Below are positions 16,338 through 26,433 of a stretch of 64,000 nucleotides of DNA, piece after piece. The notes beneath the pieces are model-generated. The model saw nothing but the letters and a program-made list of their open reading frames with translations, was not told the origin of the DNA and did not search any database. Made by a program: the position numbers and the translations under genes. Source of the stretch: Minisyncoccota bacterium (lineage in GTDB: Bacteria > Patescibacteriota > Minisyncoccia > UBA6257 > 2-01-FULL-56-20). Location: NCBI GenBank assembly GCA_041664245.1, contig JBAYLC010000003.1:394-64393 (forward strand), in the 5' to 3' direction. Numbering within the stretch: the first letter of the stretch is position 1; every line of letters starts with the position of its first letter.

Positions 16338-18974
16338 ATGAGCGCTTTTGAGACAGCACGAAACAAGGAATTAGAAGAAGCGGATACCGCCGCTAAAGAA
16401 AAAAAACCAACGCTGGAGACACCGCCAATAGGCAGTATAGTTACCGGCAGGGATGCGTTTGAAAAAGCCACGGTTACCGGCGAGTTAAAAGAAATAAAAA
16501 TTATTTATGGTGAATTATTTGGCGTAATTATTGATAAGGAAAAAGTTCAGCACAAAATTAAAATTGATCCAAGCGCCGAAATAATTATGCCCCCAAAGGC
16601 AGTGGAATCAGAAAACCAACCGCCGATTAGCAAGATTGAGAGAATAATCGACACCACCCCAAATGCAGTAACGCCCCTGGCAGAAACGGACATCGAATCA
16701 ATTCTCTTAGATCCAGATGGACCAACAGTTAAAAAACAAGTGGCCGACATCCTAGATTACGAAGAGTTATTAAAGGATGCGCCATCTGAAATAGAAAGAA
16801 AACTCCCGCCTCCACCGCCGCCGCCGAAAGCCGAAAATCCCGAACCAAAAATATCCAAAGCGCCTTTAGAAGCGGAAAGTAAACTAGCGGAAATTATTGA
16901 AGCCACTCCTATATCTAATTATGTTAGTGGTGCTGAAATAAAAGATATTCCACTCGAACCAGAACCAACACTAGTAAAAAATGAAGAAGCCGGAATAGTT
17001 GAAACCGCCACCGAAAAAAATGAAGCCACCACCCCGGAAAGTCCGGTCGAGGAAATCAATCGCCGCCTAGCCACTCTCAAAAATGAATTCGACACTAACG
17101 TCGGAAGTTTCTCCCCTGAAAGTTGGTCCGCGGGGAAAAAAGAGATAATTTCTATCCTGAGTAAAGACTTAGGCGTCCTTACTAACGACCTAGAAAACCC
17201 TCTTAAAGTTAGCTCAACCAAATTGCAACAGTTAACTGATTCTTTCTTCTATTCTCCTTCTGAATTTGAGAATAATTACGAAAAAATTAAGGGGGAAATC
17301 AGCTCAGAACTTAACCCCCAGCCGGAAAGCAAAGAATTTAAAGAGGAATCGGTCTCTAGAAATGAAGCGCCGTCAATAATTACAAAGGCAGAAGAGGCAA
17401 TAGAAACCGAAAAATTAAATGCGAAAACGGAGGTGGTGATTCCTCCTCTAGAAGAAAAAACGCCCGCTGATCTTAAAGAAGAGACTGTCCCCATTACTCC
17501 AGAGTTAACCGAAAAAACTCCGGCTGGAAAAATGGAATCTGCCCGGGCCGCCTATCTCGATCTTTATGAAAAAAACCGTCTCTTTCAAAAAAGATACGAG
17601 CGTGGAAGTTTATTCACCGAAGATGAGCAAGGTGAATGGACGCAAATTAAAAATGATCTGGAAATAAAAGGAGAAGAATACCGAGCGTCCCGCCAAGGAT
17701 ACTTAGAATCAACCCTCAAACAATTTGAAACCGAGCAGATCGACAAAGAACTTGCCTTCTTCAAACATGACGCTGATTTCCCTAACCTCCCCCTCGGCGC
17801 TAAGTTTGATGCTAATGAATACAAAAAATCTCGGCTCCAAGAAAAAGCCACCCTAGAATTAACCGCCGAATTTAAAAAACTGCACGACGCCAAAACCGAA
17901 AAAGCCGCTGAAAGTTACGGTCCAAAATTTTTAGAAAGAATCCGCGAATTTGGTCGGAACTACAACAAGCAGCCTCTTTATAGAAAATTAATGCTCGGCG
18001 GGGCAATTATGGGCGGTGGCATGCTAGCCGCTTTAGGCGGTGGTGGAATTGGTGCCGCTTTCGCCGCCGCTATTGGAGTTGGAAAAATTGCTCAAAGAGC
18101 CGTTTCTGGAACAGCTATGTTTGTCACCGTCGAAGCTCTCGTGAAAAGAAAGCAAGATAAAATCCTAGCCAAAAAAATCGAAAAAAACGAAATTTACTTC
18201 AAGGCTGAGATAGACGCCGCCGCCGAAAGATTCACTAACGGTGAAAAAGCCGGCGGCCTAATCGATTTCCTCAAAACTCAGGATAAAACTCTGGAAAATA
18301 GATACAACGAAAATCAGGCGGAATTAAAGAAAATGGAAAAAAGAATGGCTTATCGGCGAATATTCTATGCCGGAGCTGGCGGCCTAGTAATCGGCACCGG
18401 CCTCTTATCCTACGGCGTCCACAAGGCTATTAACGTTTTTGGATCTCTCACCGATCTTCACTCCGTTGAAGCCCCCAGTGGCCACAGTGGATTTGAGGCT
18501 CCGACTGATACCTCTCATGTTGCACCCAGTGAAACCATTCACTCAACTAGCCCCGATACCCTCTCCGCCAAACCGACACCCAATATTTTTGATGAACGTA
18601 TTAACGCCAAACCCGATCTCAGCAAAATCACTAATCTAGAATCGGAACTATCCCGCCCCATCGCTACCGTAAAACCCGGTGGCAGCTTCTGGGAAGCCGC
18701 TAAATCACTTCTCCATGAGAGTAAAATTTCGCCGGAAAAATTTGACGAAGCTTGGCGCCATTCCTTCGCCGAAATAAATGGTGTTAAAACTCCGTTAAGC
18801 GAACTTGGTCTCTCTCATCCCGGCGACCACCTTACTTTCATCGACGACCCCGGCAATCCCCACTTCGAAATTTCCGACCACCTCAAATTCGGTACTGATG
18901 AAGATTTGTTTAAATATCTCAAATCAGCCGGCAAAACTATCCCTCAATGGTTATCCGAAAAATTCGGAAAATGA
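16338..18974 (+). CDS. Large hypothetical protein: acidic Pro-rich N-terminus, coiled coil, Gly-rich hydrophobic hairpin, LysM-like C-terminus
   Basis: 878-aa ORF; LMLGGAIMGGGMLAALGGGGIGAAFAAAIG segment; VKPGGSFWEAAK...HPGD LysM-like pattern. Confidence 0.75.
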   Translation: MSAFETARNKELEEADTAAKEKKPTLETPPIGSIVTGRDAFEKATVTGELKEIKIIYGELFGVIIDKEKVQHKIKIDPSAEIIMPPKAVESENQPPISKIERIIDTTPNAVTPLAETDIESILLDPDGPTVKKQVADILDYEELLKDAPSEIERKLPPPPPPPKAENPEPKISKAPLEAESKLAEIIEATPISNYVSGAEIKDIPLEPEPTLVKNEEAGIVETATEKNEATTPESPVEEINRRLATLKNEFDTNVGSFSPESWSAGKKEIISILSKDLGVLTNDLENPLKVSSTKLQQLTDSFFYSPSEFENNYEKIKGEISSELNPQPESKEFKEESVSRNEAPSIITKAEEAIETEKLNAKTEVVIPPLEEKTPADLKEETVPITPELTEKTPAGKMESARAAYLDLYEKNRLFQKRYERGSLFTEDEQGEWTQIKNDLEIKGEEYRASRQGYLESTLKQFETEQIDKELAFFKHDADFPNLPLGAKFDANEYKKSRLQEKATLELTAEFKKLHDAKTEKAAESYGPKFLERIREFGRNYNKQPLYRKLMLGGAIMGGGMLAALGGGGIGAAFAAAIGVGKIAQRAVSGTAMFVTVEALVKRKQDKILAKKIEKNEIYFKAEIDAAAERFTNGEKAGGLIDFLKTQDKTLENRYNENQAELKKMEKRMAYRRIFYAGAGGLVIGTGLLSYGVHKAINVFGSLTDLHSVEAPSGHSGFEAPTDTSHVAPSETIHSTSPDTLSAKPTPNIFDERINAKPDLSKITNLESELSRPIATVKPGGSFWEAAKSLLHESKISPEKFDEAWRHSFAEINGVKTPLSELGLSHPGDHLTFIDDPGNPHFEISDHLKFGTDEDLFKYLKSAGKTIPQWLSEKFGK

Positions 18975-18995
18975 TATAATTAAGCTACAAATAAT

Positions 18996-19289
18996 ATGAA
19001 TGAGGATATTGATAAAAAATTAGAACCTATTCTTGCTTCTCTCTCGGAAGACGAGAAAAAGGAAGTTATTGCTCAAATTGGCGAGTCTTTAATGAAGCGG
19101 CTGATTATAAGGATTTATGATCACCTAAACGAAACCGACCAAAAAATTCTTGATGAACTAAACGAAACCGCCGATCCGGAGAAAATTAACGAATTTTTCA
19201 AACTCAAAGTTCCAGATTTAGAATCAATCCGCGATGAAGAATTAGAGACCTTAATTTCGGAAATGAAAGAGTTTATCGGTGCTAAATAA
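18996..19289 (+). CDS. Small acidic helical hypothetical protein
   Basis: 97-aa ORF with its own TATAAT and a downstream terminator. Confidence 0.75.
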   Translation: MNEDIDKKLEPILASLSEDEKKEVIAQIGESLMKRLIIRIYDHLNETDQKILDELNETADPEKINEFFKLKVPDLESIRDEELETLISEMKEFIGAK

Positions 19290-19311
19290 TTCGCCGCAAT
19301 CTTAACTGCAG

Positions 19312-19337
19312 AAAAGACAGCCTCATGGCTGTCTTTT
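19312..19337 (+). terminator. Intrinsic terminator (possibly bidirectional)
   Basis: AAAAGACAGCC-TCAT-GGCTGTCTTTT. Confidence 0.7.
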
Positions 19338-19379
19338 CATTTCCACCAGTTTAGTTTAATATTTCTACTATCCAAACGT

Positions 19380-21233
19380 ATGTCTAAAAACAAACCTATG
19401 TCTAACTTTTATAAAAATATCCTCTGGGCCATTTTCGCCCTCGTTGTTATTTCTCTGATTTTTTCCAATTTTTTAGAAAGCAAAAAACCTATTCCCGAAA
19501 TTGCCTTAAACCAACTCGTTGATCAAATCAACACCGGTAAAATAAAGGAAGTAACCATCGCCGGTAATGATCTAAAAATAAAACTCCAAGACGGAACTGA
19601 CGCCACCTCTAAAAAAGAGACTGATGCCAGCTTAACCGACACTCTTAAAAATCTTGGCGTTGACTCTTTGGCTCTCCAAAAAGTAAAGCTGAGCTTTGAA
19701 GCTCAGTCTGGTTGGCAATTTTGGGCCGGAGTTTTAATTCCCACTCTCCTTCCCATTGTTATTATCGGAATAATTCTTTTTCTGATGCTACGACAGGCTA
19801 AAACGGGAGTTAACCAAGCTTTTAGTTTCGGCCGTTCCACTATACGTCTTTCTAATCTCACTAAAGAAAAAATAACCTTCGAAGATGTCGCCGGTGCCAA
19901 AGAAGCGAAGGAGGAACTAATAGAAATTGTTGATTTCCTTAAAAATCCTAAAAAGTTTTTAGACTTGGGCGCTAAAATTCCCCGTGGCGTCCTTTTGGTT
20001 GGCCTGCCCGGCACCGGCAAAACTCTTCTTGCTCGAGCCGTCGCCGGCGAAGCTGGCGTCCCTTTCTTCAACGTCTCAGCTTCTGAATTTGTTGAAATGT
20101 TTGTGGGTGTCGGTGCCGCAAGAATCAGGGATTCCTTCACTACCGCTAAAAAAGCTTCTCCGTCTATTCTTTTTATTGATGAAATTGATGCCGTTGGACG
20201 CCAGCGCGGTGCCGGTTTAGGCGGCGGTAATGACGAAAGAGAACAAACCCTAAATCAAATCCTCGTCGAACTAGACGGTTTTGAGCGAAATGATCGGCTG
20301 ATCGTTCTCGCCGCCACTAATCGCCCTGATGTCCTTGACCCCGCCCTTCTTCGGCCCGGCCGTTTCGACCGCCGAGTAGTTCTTGACCTGCCCGACATAA
20401 ATGATCGCGAGGCCATCCTAAAAATTCACTCTCGCGGAAAATCTTTAGCACCCGATGTCGATCTTCGAAAAATTGGAATTCGAACTCCTGGTTTTTCCGG
20501 CGCCGACCTGGCTAATTTAATGAACGAAGGTGCCATCCTCGCCGCCCGCCAAAATAAAAAAATAATTAATCAAGAAGATTTTTATAACGCGGTGGAAAAA
20601 GTGATTCTTGGCCCCGAACGCCGCAGCCGAGTTATCTCGGTCAAAGAAAAAGAGATTACCGCTTATCACGAAAGCGGCCACGCTTTAGTCGCCGCCTCCC
20701 TGAAAGATTGTGATCCGATTCATAAAGTCTCCATCATTAGCCGCGGCAACGCTGGCGGTTATACAATGAAACTTCCCGCCGAAGACCAACATCTCCGCTC
20801 TAAAAAACAGTTTCTTAGCGACTTGGCCGTTATGCTGGCTGGTCTTGCCGCTGAAAAGTTGATTTTTGACGACACCACCACTGGTGCCTCAAACGACCTC
20901 AAGGAAGCTTCCGCTTTGGCCAGGCGTATGATCACCCGTTATGGAATGAGCGATAGTCTCGGTCCGGTCACTTTTGGAAAAAGCGAGGAGCTAATATTTT
21001 TAGGCCGGGAGATAAGTTCCGAGAAAAACTACTCCGAAAAAGTGGCTGAAAAAATCGACGAGGAAGTTCACAATTTCATAAATCGCGCCAATCAAGTTGT
21101 CCATAAAATTCTATCCCACGAAAAAAAAGCTCTTAAAGCCATCGCCGACACCCTAATCGAAAAAGAAACAATTGAGCAAGAAGATTTCTACGCCATCTTA
21201 AAACCTTTTAATATAAAGCCAATCTCCGTCTAA
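19380..21233 (+). CDS. ftsH: ATP-dependent zinc metalloprotease FtsH
   Basis: 2 [43 protein letters not shown]. Confidence 0.98.
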   Translation: MSKNKPMSNFYKNILWAIFALVVISLIFSNFLESKKPIPEIALNQLVDQINTGKIKEVTIAGNDLKIKLQDGTDATSKKETDASLTDTLKNLGVDSLALQKVKLSFEAQSGWQFWAGVLIPTLLPIVIIGIILFLMLRQAKTGVNQAFSFGRSTIRLSNLTKEKITFEDVAGAKEAKEELIEIVDFLKNPKKFLDLGAKIPRGVLLVGLPGTGKTLLARAVAGEAGVPFFNVSASEFVEMFVGVGAARIRDSFTTAKKASPSILFIDEIDAVGRQRGAGLGGGNDEREQTLNQILVELDGFERNDRLIVLAATNRPDVLDPALLRPGRFDRRVVLDLPDINDREAILKIHSRGKSLAPDVDLRKIGIRTPGFSGADLANLMNEGAILAARQNKKIINQEDFYNAVEKVILGPERRSRVISVKEKEITAYHESGHALVAASLKDCDPIHKVSIISRGNAGGYTMKLPAEDQHLRSKKQFLSDLAVMLAGLAAEKLIFDDTTTGASNDLKEASALARRMITRYGMSDSLGPVTFGKSEELIFLGREISSEKNYSEKVAEKIDEEVHNFINRANQVVHKILSHEKKALKAIADTLIEKETIEQEDFYAILKPFNIKPISV

Positions 21234-21331
21234 TTTGCTTTCTTTTTGTTGTAAATTTTTATGAACGGGCAGTTCCCCTATCCCCTCAATTTCGAAACCC
21301 AAAAAAACTATGATAAGATAAAAACGCACCC

Positions 21332-22876
21332 ATGCAAAAAATAAAATCATTATTTAAAAAGAAAATATTTTCTATTCCCGCTATCGCAATTATCGTTGTT
21401 TTAATAATTATTATTTTAAGTTCTTCTGGGAAACAAAACTCCAATATTTTCACTGTCAAAAAAACAAATTTAATCCAAGACGTAAGTGTTTCCGGAAAAA
21501 TCAATTCGGCCAACCAAGTCGATCTCGCCTTTGAAAAAGGCGGTCGTGTGAGCAGTATTAACGCCGAAGTTAGCGACAAAGTTTATGCCGGTGAGGTTAT
21601 TGTTCGCCTTGAAAATGGCGATTTAGTCGCCCAACTAGATCAGGCCCGGGCCAACATCAAAATTCAGCAGGCTAGACTGGACGAGCTTAAACGAGGCAGC
21701 CGGCCCGAAGAAATTCAAATCAAGCAAACCGAACTCGCTAAAGCGCAACAAGATTTAAACAATTATTATTCTAGCATCCCTGATGTCTTGAATGATGCCT
21801 TTTCTAAAGCCGATGATGCACTCCACAAACAAGTCATCCAAACCTTTTCGAGTCTAGACACACCTCGTCTGACTTTTGACGTCGATAGTGTCCAATTAAG
21901 AACTAATACCGAAGGCCAAATTATTACTGCTCTTAATGCCTTAAAAAAATGGAAAAACGACTTAGACTCGCTAACCCCCCAATCGTCCTCTGATACTCTT
22001 TTTTTGTCTCTTGAGAAAAGTCTGGTTCCCTTAAATATTATTCGAGATTCTCTGGATAAAATTATGAATTCAATAATTCACAACATTAATCTGACTCAAA
22101 GCACCGCCGACACCTACAAAGCTAACGCCAACACCGCCCGCAATAATGTGAATACCGCCATCACAAACATCAGTGATCAGAAAGCAACCATTGAATCTCA
22201 AAAAATCGCCGTCAAAAAAATCAGCGATGAATTAGCGCTTAAATTAGCCGGTTCTGATCCTAAAGAAATTTCCATCCAAGAAGCCGAAGTTGAATCCGCC
22301 AAGGCCAATGCAAGAAATTTTGAAGCTCAAATAAACAAAACCCTAATTATCGCCCCAATCTCGGGAATCATCACCAAACAAGATGCCAAAGTTGGTGAGA
22401 TCATCTCGCCCAACATCACAGTGGTCTCATTAATTTCTGAGTCAAAATTTCAAATTGAAGCCAATATTCCGGAAATCAACATCGCCAATATAAAAATCGG
22501 CGACGAAGCCAGCGTCACGCTTGATGCCTACGGTAGCAACAACGCCTTCCCAACTAAAGTTGTAAAAATTGACCCAGCCGAAACCATCGTCGAAGGTGTT
22601 TCTACTTACAAAGTTACACTTCAATTTTTAACCCCCGATCCGAGAATCAAATCAGGTATGACCGCCAACGTCCAAATAAAAACCGGCGAGAGAAAAAATA
22701 TTCTCGTTATTCCCCAGCGAGCCATCATTATTAAAGACAAAATCCAAACGGTTAAAATTCTTAAAAACGGCGTTGGCCAAGATGTAGAAATAAAAACCGG
22801 CCTCCGCGGCTCAGACGGCAACATCGAAGTTTTAAGCGGTCTTAATGAAAACGATCAAATAATAATCCCTTCTTAG
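21332..22876 (+). CDS. Efflux periplasmic adaptor (MFP/HlyD family)
   Basis: N-terminal TM, lipoyl half-motifs, long coiled coil, APISG, IKSGMTANV. Confidence 0.88.
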   Translation: MQKIKSLFKKKIFSIPAIAIIVVLIIIILSSSGKQNSNIFTVKKTNLIQDVSVSGKINSANQVDLAFEKGGRVSSINAEVSDKVYAGEVIVRLENGDLVAQLDQARANIKIQQARLDELKRGSRPEEIQIKQTELAKAQQDLNNYYSSIPDVLNDAFSKADDALHKQVIQTFSSLDTPRLTFDVDSVQLRTNTEGQIITALNALKKWKNDLDSLTPQSSSDTLFLSLEKSLVPLNIIRDSLDKIMNSIIHNINLTQSTADTYKANANTARNNVNTAITNISDQKATIESQKIAVKKISDELALKLAGSDPKEISIQEAEVESAKANARNFEAQINKTLIIAPISGIITKQDAKVGEIISPNITVVSLISESKFQIEANIPEINIANIKIGDEASVTLDAYGSNNAFPTKVVKIDPAETIVEGVSTYKVTLQFLTPDPRIKSGMTANVQIKTGERKNILVIPQRAIIIKDKIQTVKILKNGVGQDVEIKTGLRGSDGNIEVLSGLNENDQIIIPS

Positions 22877-22909
22877 ATTTAGTGCTTACACCGCGAAACT
22901 TTAGCGAAG

Positions 22910-22984
22910 TGGTGCGCACTCCTGGATTCGAACCAGGAACCGGTCGTGTATAAGACGACTGCTCTACCGTTGAGCTAAGTGCGC
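22910..22984 (-). tRNA. tRNA-Ile(UAU)
   Basis: GCGCACTTAGCTCAACGGTAGAGCA-GTCGT-CTTATAC-ACGAC-...GGTTCGAATCC...GTGCGC-A-CCA; the 7-nt loop places the anticodon at TAT. Confidence 0.88.
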
Positions 22985-22987
22985 TCT

Positions 22988-23584
22988 CTATTTTACCAGC
23001 TGATCAAAACGCTTAATCGCTTGATCGGCTTGTGTGTTAAAATCGTTAATTGACTGTATTTCCCCATTCACACTCTTTATTAAATCCGCCACCCCCTCTT
23101 GATCAGAAAAATTACCGACGAACCTATTCCGCAAAACCCCCAATAATTTTTCGAGATAGCCGCTATAATTGATTAGCCGGCTAATCAAAGAAAGATAGCT
23201 GCTAATCGACTCAAGCGCCGCCTGCTTGGCTTGGTCCGAACTTATCCCCGAAACCGCCTTCGTCATATTTTCAAGTTGAGCTGAGAGATTAATAGCCTCA
23301 CTTCTAATCTCTTGGCTCTTCCCTACTGTTCTCGCCACGACATTTAAGGCCTCAGTATAATTTCCCCCCTTATCCAATTTATTTATCAATTCAATATCAC
23401 TCGCCGATTGATTAGAGGCATCAACGATATTTTTCGCGATTACCGCTCCTTGAACTCTCGCCTCAGAAAAAGCGGCCGGCACATCTGAACCCGACGATCC
23501 AGCAAACGCCACCACTAAATAAGTTGCCAAACCCGCCGCCAGAAAAATTAGGTATATCTTTTTTTTGCCTGAAAAAAATGTCAT
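22988..23584 (-). CDS. Membrane-anchored helical hypothetical protein
   Basis: 198-aa ORF with an N-terminal TM and coiled-coil body. Confidence 0.75.
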   Translation of the reverse strand: MTFFSGKKKIYLIFLAAGLATYLVVAFAGSSGSDVPAAFSEARVQGAVIAKNIVDASNQSASDIELINKLDKGGNYTEALNVVARTVGKSQEIRSEAINLSAQLENMTKAVSGISSDQAKQAALESISSYLSLISRLINYSGYLEKLLGVLRNRFVGNFSDQEGVADLIKSVNGEIQSINDFNTQADQAIKRFDQLVK

Positions 23585-23758
23585 ATCGTTAAGGAGTATT
23601 CTAGTTTAAGGTAAAGCTAACGTCAACTAATAAAAATTGAAATCGAAACCAAAGAATGGTAAATTTAATCTCGCAAACTAAATCAAAAAAGGAATAGTCC
23701 CGCCTATGGCGGGGCATAAGAATCGCTAAGTTCTCAAGTTCACTAAGCGAGTTCTAAT

Positions 23759-23829
23759 GCGGGTATCGTATAACGGTATTATGCCACCCTTCCAAGGTGG
23801 AGACACGGGTCCGACTCCCGTTACCCGCT
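23759..23829 (+). tRNA. tRNA-Gly(UCC)
   Basis: GCGGGTA acceptor, CCACC-CTTCCAA-GGTGG anticodon arm, T-arm GGTCCGACTCC. Confidence 0.93.
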
Positions 23830-23830
23830 C

Positions 23831-24007
23831 TCTAATTGAATCAGGACGATTTCATATCGCCTTAATTTGACTTTCGAATCACAGGGAGTCGGACAGGGAA
23901 AGGGGTCGGGAAAACGGAAGTTTTCCCGTGGCGGAAATACTAAAACCTATGGGTTTTAGAAAATTTTACCGGAGTAAAATTTCGTTCGCCTCCCGTTACC
24001 CGCTCCA
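23831..24007. mobile_element. Putative miniature tRNA-targeting element (duplicated tRNA-Gly 3' end)
   Basis: 16-bp direct repeat CTCCCGTTACCCGCTC at 23815-23830 and 23990-24005; internal hairpins; no ORF. Confidence 0.5.
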
Positions 24008-24010
24008 AAT

Positions 24011-24040
24011 AAAAATCACCGATTTAAATCGGTGATTTTT
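24011..24040. terminator. Bidirectional intrinsic terminator
   Basis: AAAAATCACCGATT-TA-AATCGGTGATTTTT. Confidence 0.75.
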
Positions 24041-24057
24041 ATTTCATTTTTCCCCTC

Positions 24058-24717
24058 CTAATCATTAGTGCGGAAAGTGTTTGGCATAGTCATAGTAACG
24101 TTTCCGGAATTATCCGTCGAGCGAGTAACATAGTAGTAACTCGTATTCGGCTGAAGACCCTGCATGGTTACTGACTGCGAATTATGGACATCGGTATTAT
24201 TCGGAGCAAGTAATCCTCCTATATACGCTTGTTGGGCGTATCCAGTCGTTTCATTTGACTGTATTGGGGATATATCATAATACACCTGTCCCTTCGCTGG
24301 TTCGCTTGTCGACCAACTAATAGTGGCGTTAGTGCGGTTAGCCTGCATCCAAGCGTTTGACATAGTTGGAGCGTTGGTATCAAGACCGAAACCAGACGAC
24401 ATAATACTGTTAATTTTACTCTGCGTCATTGGACCAACCCGACCTGCCTGCGGAATATCGTAGGCTACCTGAAATTGCGTAACGGCAGCTTGGGTAAGCG
24501 GACCGAAATAACCAGAAACAATTCCTTCCGGATAAATGGAATAATTTGTAGCTAGAAACTGTTGAAGTTCAGTCACATTATTTCCTCTTGAACCAAGATC
24601 TAATTGGCTAGTAATAGCAGCCTGCGCCTTTTGCGTAGTTACCGATAAAACCAAAAAGAGCGCCAGAAAACCTACAGATATGAAACCAATACGTAACATT
24701 TTTATCGTTTTATTCAT
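24058..24717 (-). CDS. Secreted peptidoglycan-binding-domain + fibronectin III-like protein
   Basis: Signal peptide; LDLGSRG..V..LQQFL, GYFGPLTQAAV..FQ, GRVGPMT (PG_binding_1); WST.EP, LQPNTSYYY (FN3-like). Confidence 0.85.
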   Translation of the reverse strand: MNKTIKMLRIGFISVGFLALFLVLSVTTQKAQAAITSQLDLGSRGNNVTELQQFLATNYSIYPEGIVSGYFGPLTQAAVTQFQVAYDIPQAGRVGPMTQSKINSIMSSGFGLDTNAPTMSNAWMQANRTNATISWSTSEPAKGQVYYDISPIQSNETTGYAQQAYIGGLLAPNNTDVHNSQSVTMQGLQPNTSYYYVTRSTDNSGNVTMTMPNTFRTND

Positions 24718-24939
24718 TTTATATGTAATTAATTTTTATTAATGGATTCTAATAGTCGACCCCTATGTATCCTTTCGCAAATGATGCCGCTACAAAGACA
24801 AAAATATTACAAAAACTCCCTATAGGTCTTTGTAACTCATCTTCGAAATATTTGATTATCTTCCTATTTCTAAACAACCGACAAACCAAACACAACCCAA
24901 AAATAATTCTAATAGACTTTTATGTAGGATCGAGATAAC

Positions 24940-25296
24940 TTACTTGTCTTGGTTGTTCATTTTTACTGCGGCCTCTGATGTGGACACAGTTTTACTCATC
25001 AGAAACAATCGAACGATTGCGAGAGCAATCATCCAATACACCAACATTGCCAAAAGAGTCGTCCACTCAAAAATATTACCCTGAACAGTTGCCGCTGGAA
25101 AAACTGCAATGAATGGAGCGATGAACGGCCACGTAAGAGCATAAATAAAACTCGTAAATCCAGCTTCGGGATTTGCTCCTGCTAACTTGAGTGCAAAACG
25201 AAACACAAATAATATCTCGGCGATCGAAAGAAGATACCAAGCAACTTGGATGCCCCTGAATAACGGTTTCGTTGTAGGAGAATTATATGAATTCAT
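24940..25296 (-). CDS. YggT-like small membrane protein
   Basis: EIL..FRF.LKL.GANP..GF..FIY..T.PF..PF pattern. Confidence 0.75.
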   Translation of the reverse strand: MNSYNSPTTKPLFRGIQVAWYLLSIAEILFVFRFALKLAGANPEAGFTSFIYALTWPFIAPFIAVFPAATVQGNIFEWTTLLAMLVYWMIALAIVRLFLMSKTVSTSEAAVKMNNQDK

Positions 25297-25380
25297 AAAT
25301 GATTAATTTTTAAATAAACATATGGATTATCAGGGCCGACCCCCCTGTATTTTTGCTTATTCGTTAAATAAGTAGAACCT

Positions 25381-25533
25381 TCATGAAATTGGATTCCTTC
25401 CTTGAATAAGGCGAATTAGAATTACAACCACGGCCACCACGAGTAAAATGTGTATAAACCAACCGATAGCGTATACGCCAACAACGCCCAAAATCCAAAA
25501 AAGTAAAAAGATAATTGCAATAGTATAAAGCAT
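25381..25533 (-). CDS. lmo0937-family small membrane protein (50 aa)
   Basis: Below the ORF-track cutoff: MLYTIAIIFLLFWILGVVGVYAIGWFIHILLVVAVVVILIRLIQGRNPIS. Confidence 0.85.
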   Translation of the reverse strand: MLYTIAIIFLLFWILGVVGVYAIGWFIHILLVVAVVVILIRLIQGRNPIS

Positions 25534-25620
25534 ATTTATTTGGGTAAAATCTTGATAAAACTTTTAAGAACGCGATGTGTGAATTGGAATAACAAGATTT
25601 CAATTCTAACTATTTGATTT

Positions 25621-26220
25621 TTATAAATTACTTTTAAGCTCATTAATTTCTTTTTCTAATTTTTCAATATGGACCTCTAATCTTTGTGTCCGTTCCGCTA
25701 ACTTGCTTTCTAGTTGATTTGCATGACCAGCCAACGTTTCGGCGACAGCCATCATTTCCGTAACATCTTCCATGGCAAGAAGTATGATGGGGGGGAATAT
25801 TTTTGAATTAACATCGCCCTTAGCCGATTTAGAATGAATCTGACGGGCATTTAAAATCATCACCCTGTGTCCAATAAAAGGAAATTCATGAACAACTTCA
25901 AAACCTTTAAAAAAGGTGTTTTTAGGAAGAATATCTTCGAGAAGCTTCTGAAGGGAAGGAATATTCCATTGGCCATTCCCCAATTCGTAAACAATTCTAT
26001 TCTCGGTATCTTCCGGCAAAACTTTAAAAGCTTCATAAAAAGATTCGTTCGCCGCCATAACATGAAAATCTTTATCAAGAATCAAAATCGGTTCTCGCAC
26101 AACATCTACTACCGTCCTAATGTAGGTCCAGCTTTCTTCCCATAAACGCTCAAAAAAATCAGTCCCGACGGCTTCAAGAGCTTGCCCTACGTCTTTTTCG
26201 GTTGTTTCGGTTGTTTCCAT
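25621..26220 (-). CDS. Stand-alone PAS-domain protein with C-terminal coiled coil
   Basis: VREPILILD...ANESFY..F, YELGNGQWNIP.L..LL..IL, LNARQI, ILLAMED. Resembles the PAS segment of CheB/CheR fusion proteins. Confidence 0.8.
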   Translation of the reverse strand: METTETTEKDVGQALEAVGTDFFERLWEESWTYIRTVVDVVREPILILDKDFHVMAANESFYEAFKVLPEDTENRIVYELGNGQWNIPSLQKLLEDILPKNTFFKGFEVVHEFPFIGHRVMILNARQIHSKSAKGDVNSKIFPPIILLAMEDVTEMMAVAETLAGHANQLESKLAERTQRLEVHIEKLEKEINELKSNL

Positions 26221-26433
26221 GTAAATGAAGACGTTGGAAAGTTTGAATTATTGCGTATCGCTAACAAGATACTTAATATGCTATGCTACAAAAGCAGAGT
26301 ACCTCTCTCTTTAGCTATTGTAATATCAGCGTAATAGGATTTATTCAGTTAGATCAAATAATCCACCGTAGAATATAGATATTACCCTTACTATTACAGC
26401 AATGTCGTAATACTAGTGTAATAAAACTCTGCC

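Noticed and set aside
23759-24007. Intron-split tRNA-Gly
   Set aside because: The first copy is already a complete cloverleaf, and the insert lacks group I/II intron hallmarks.
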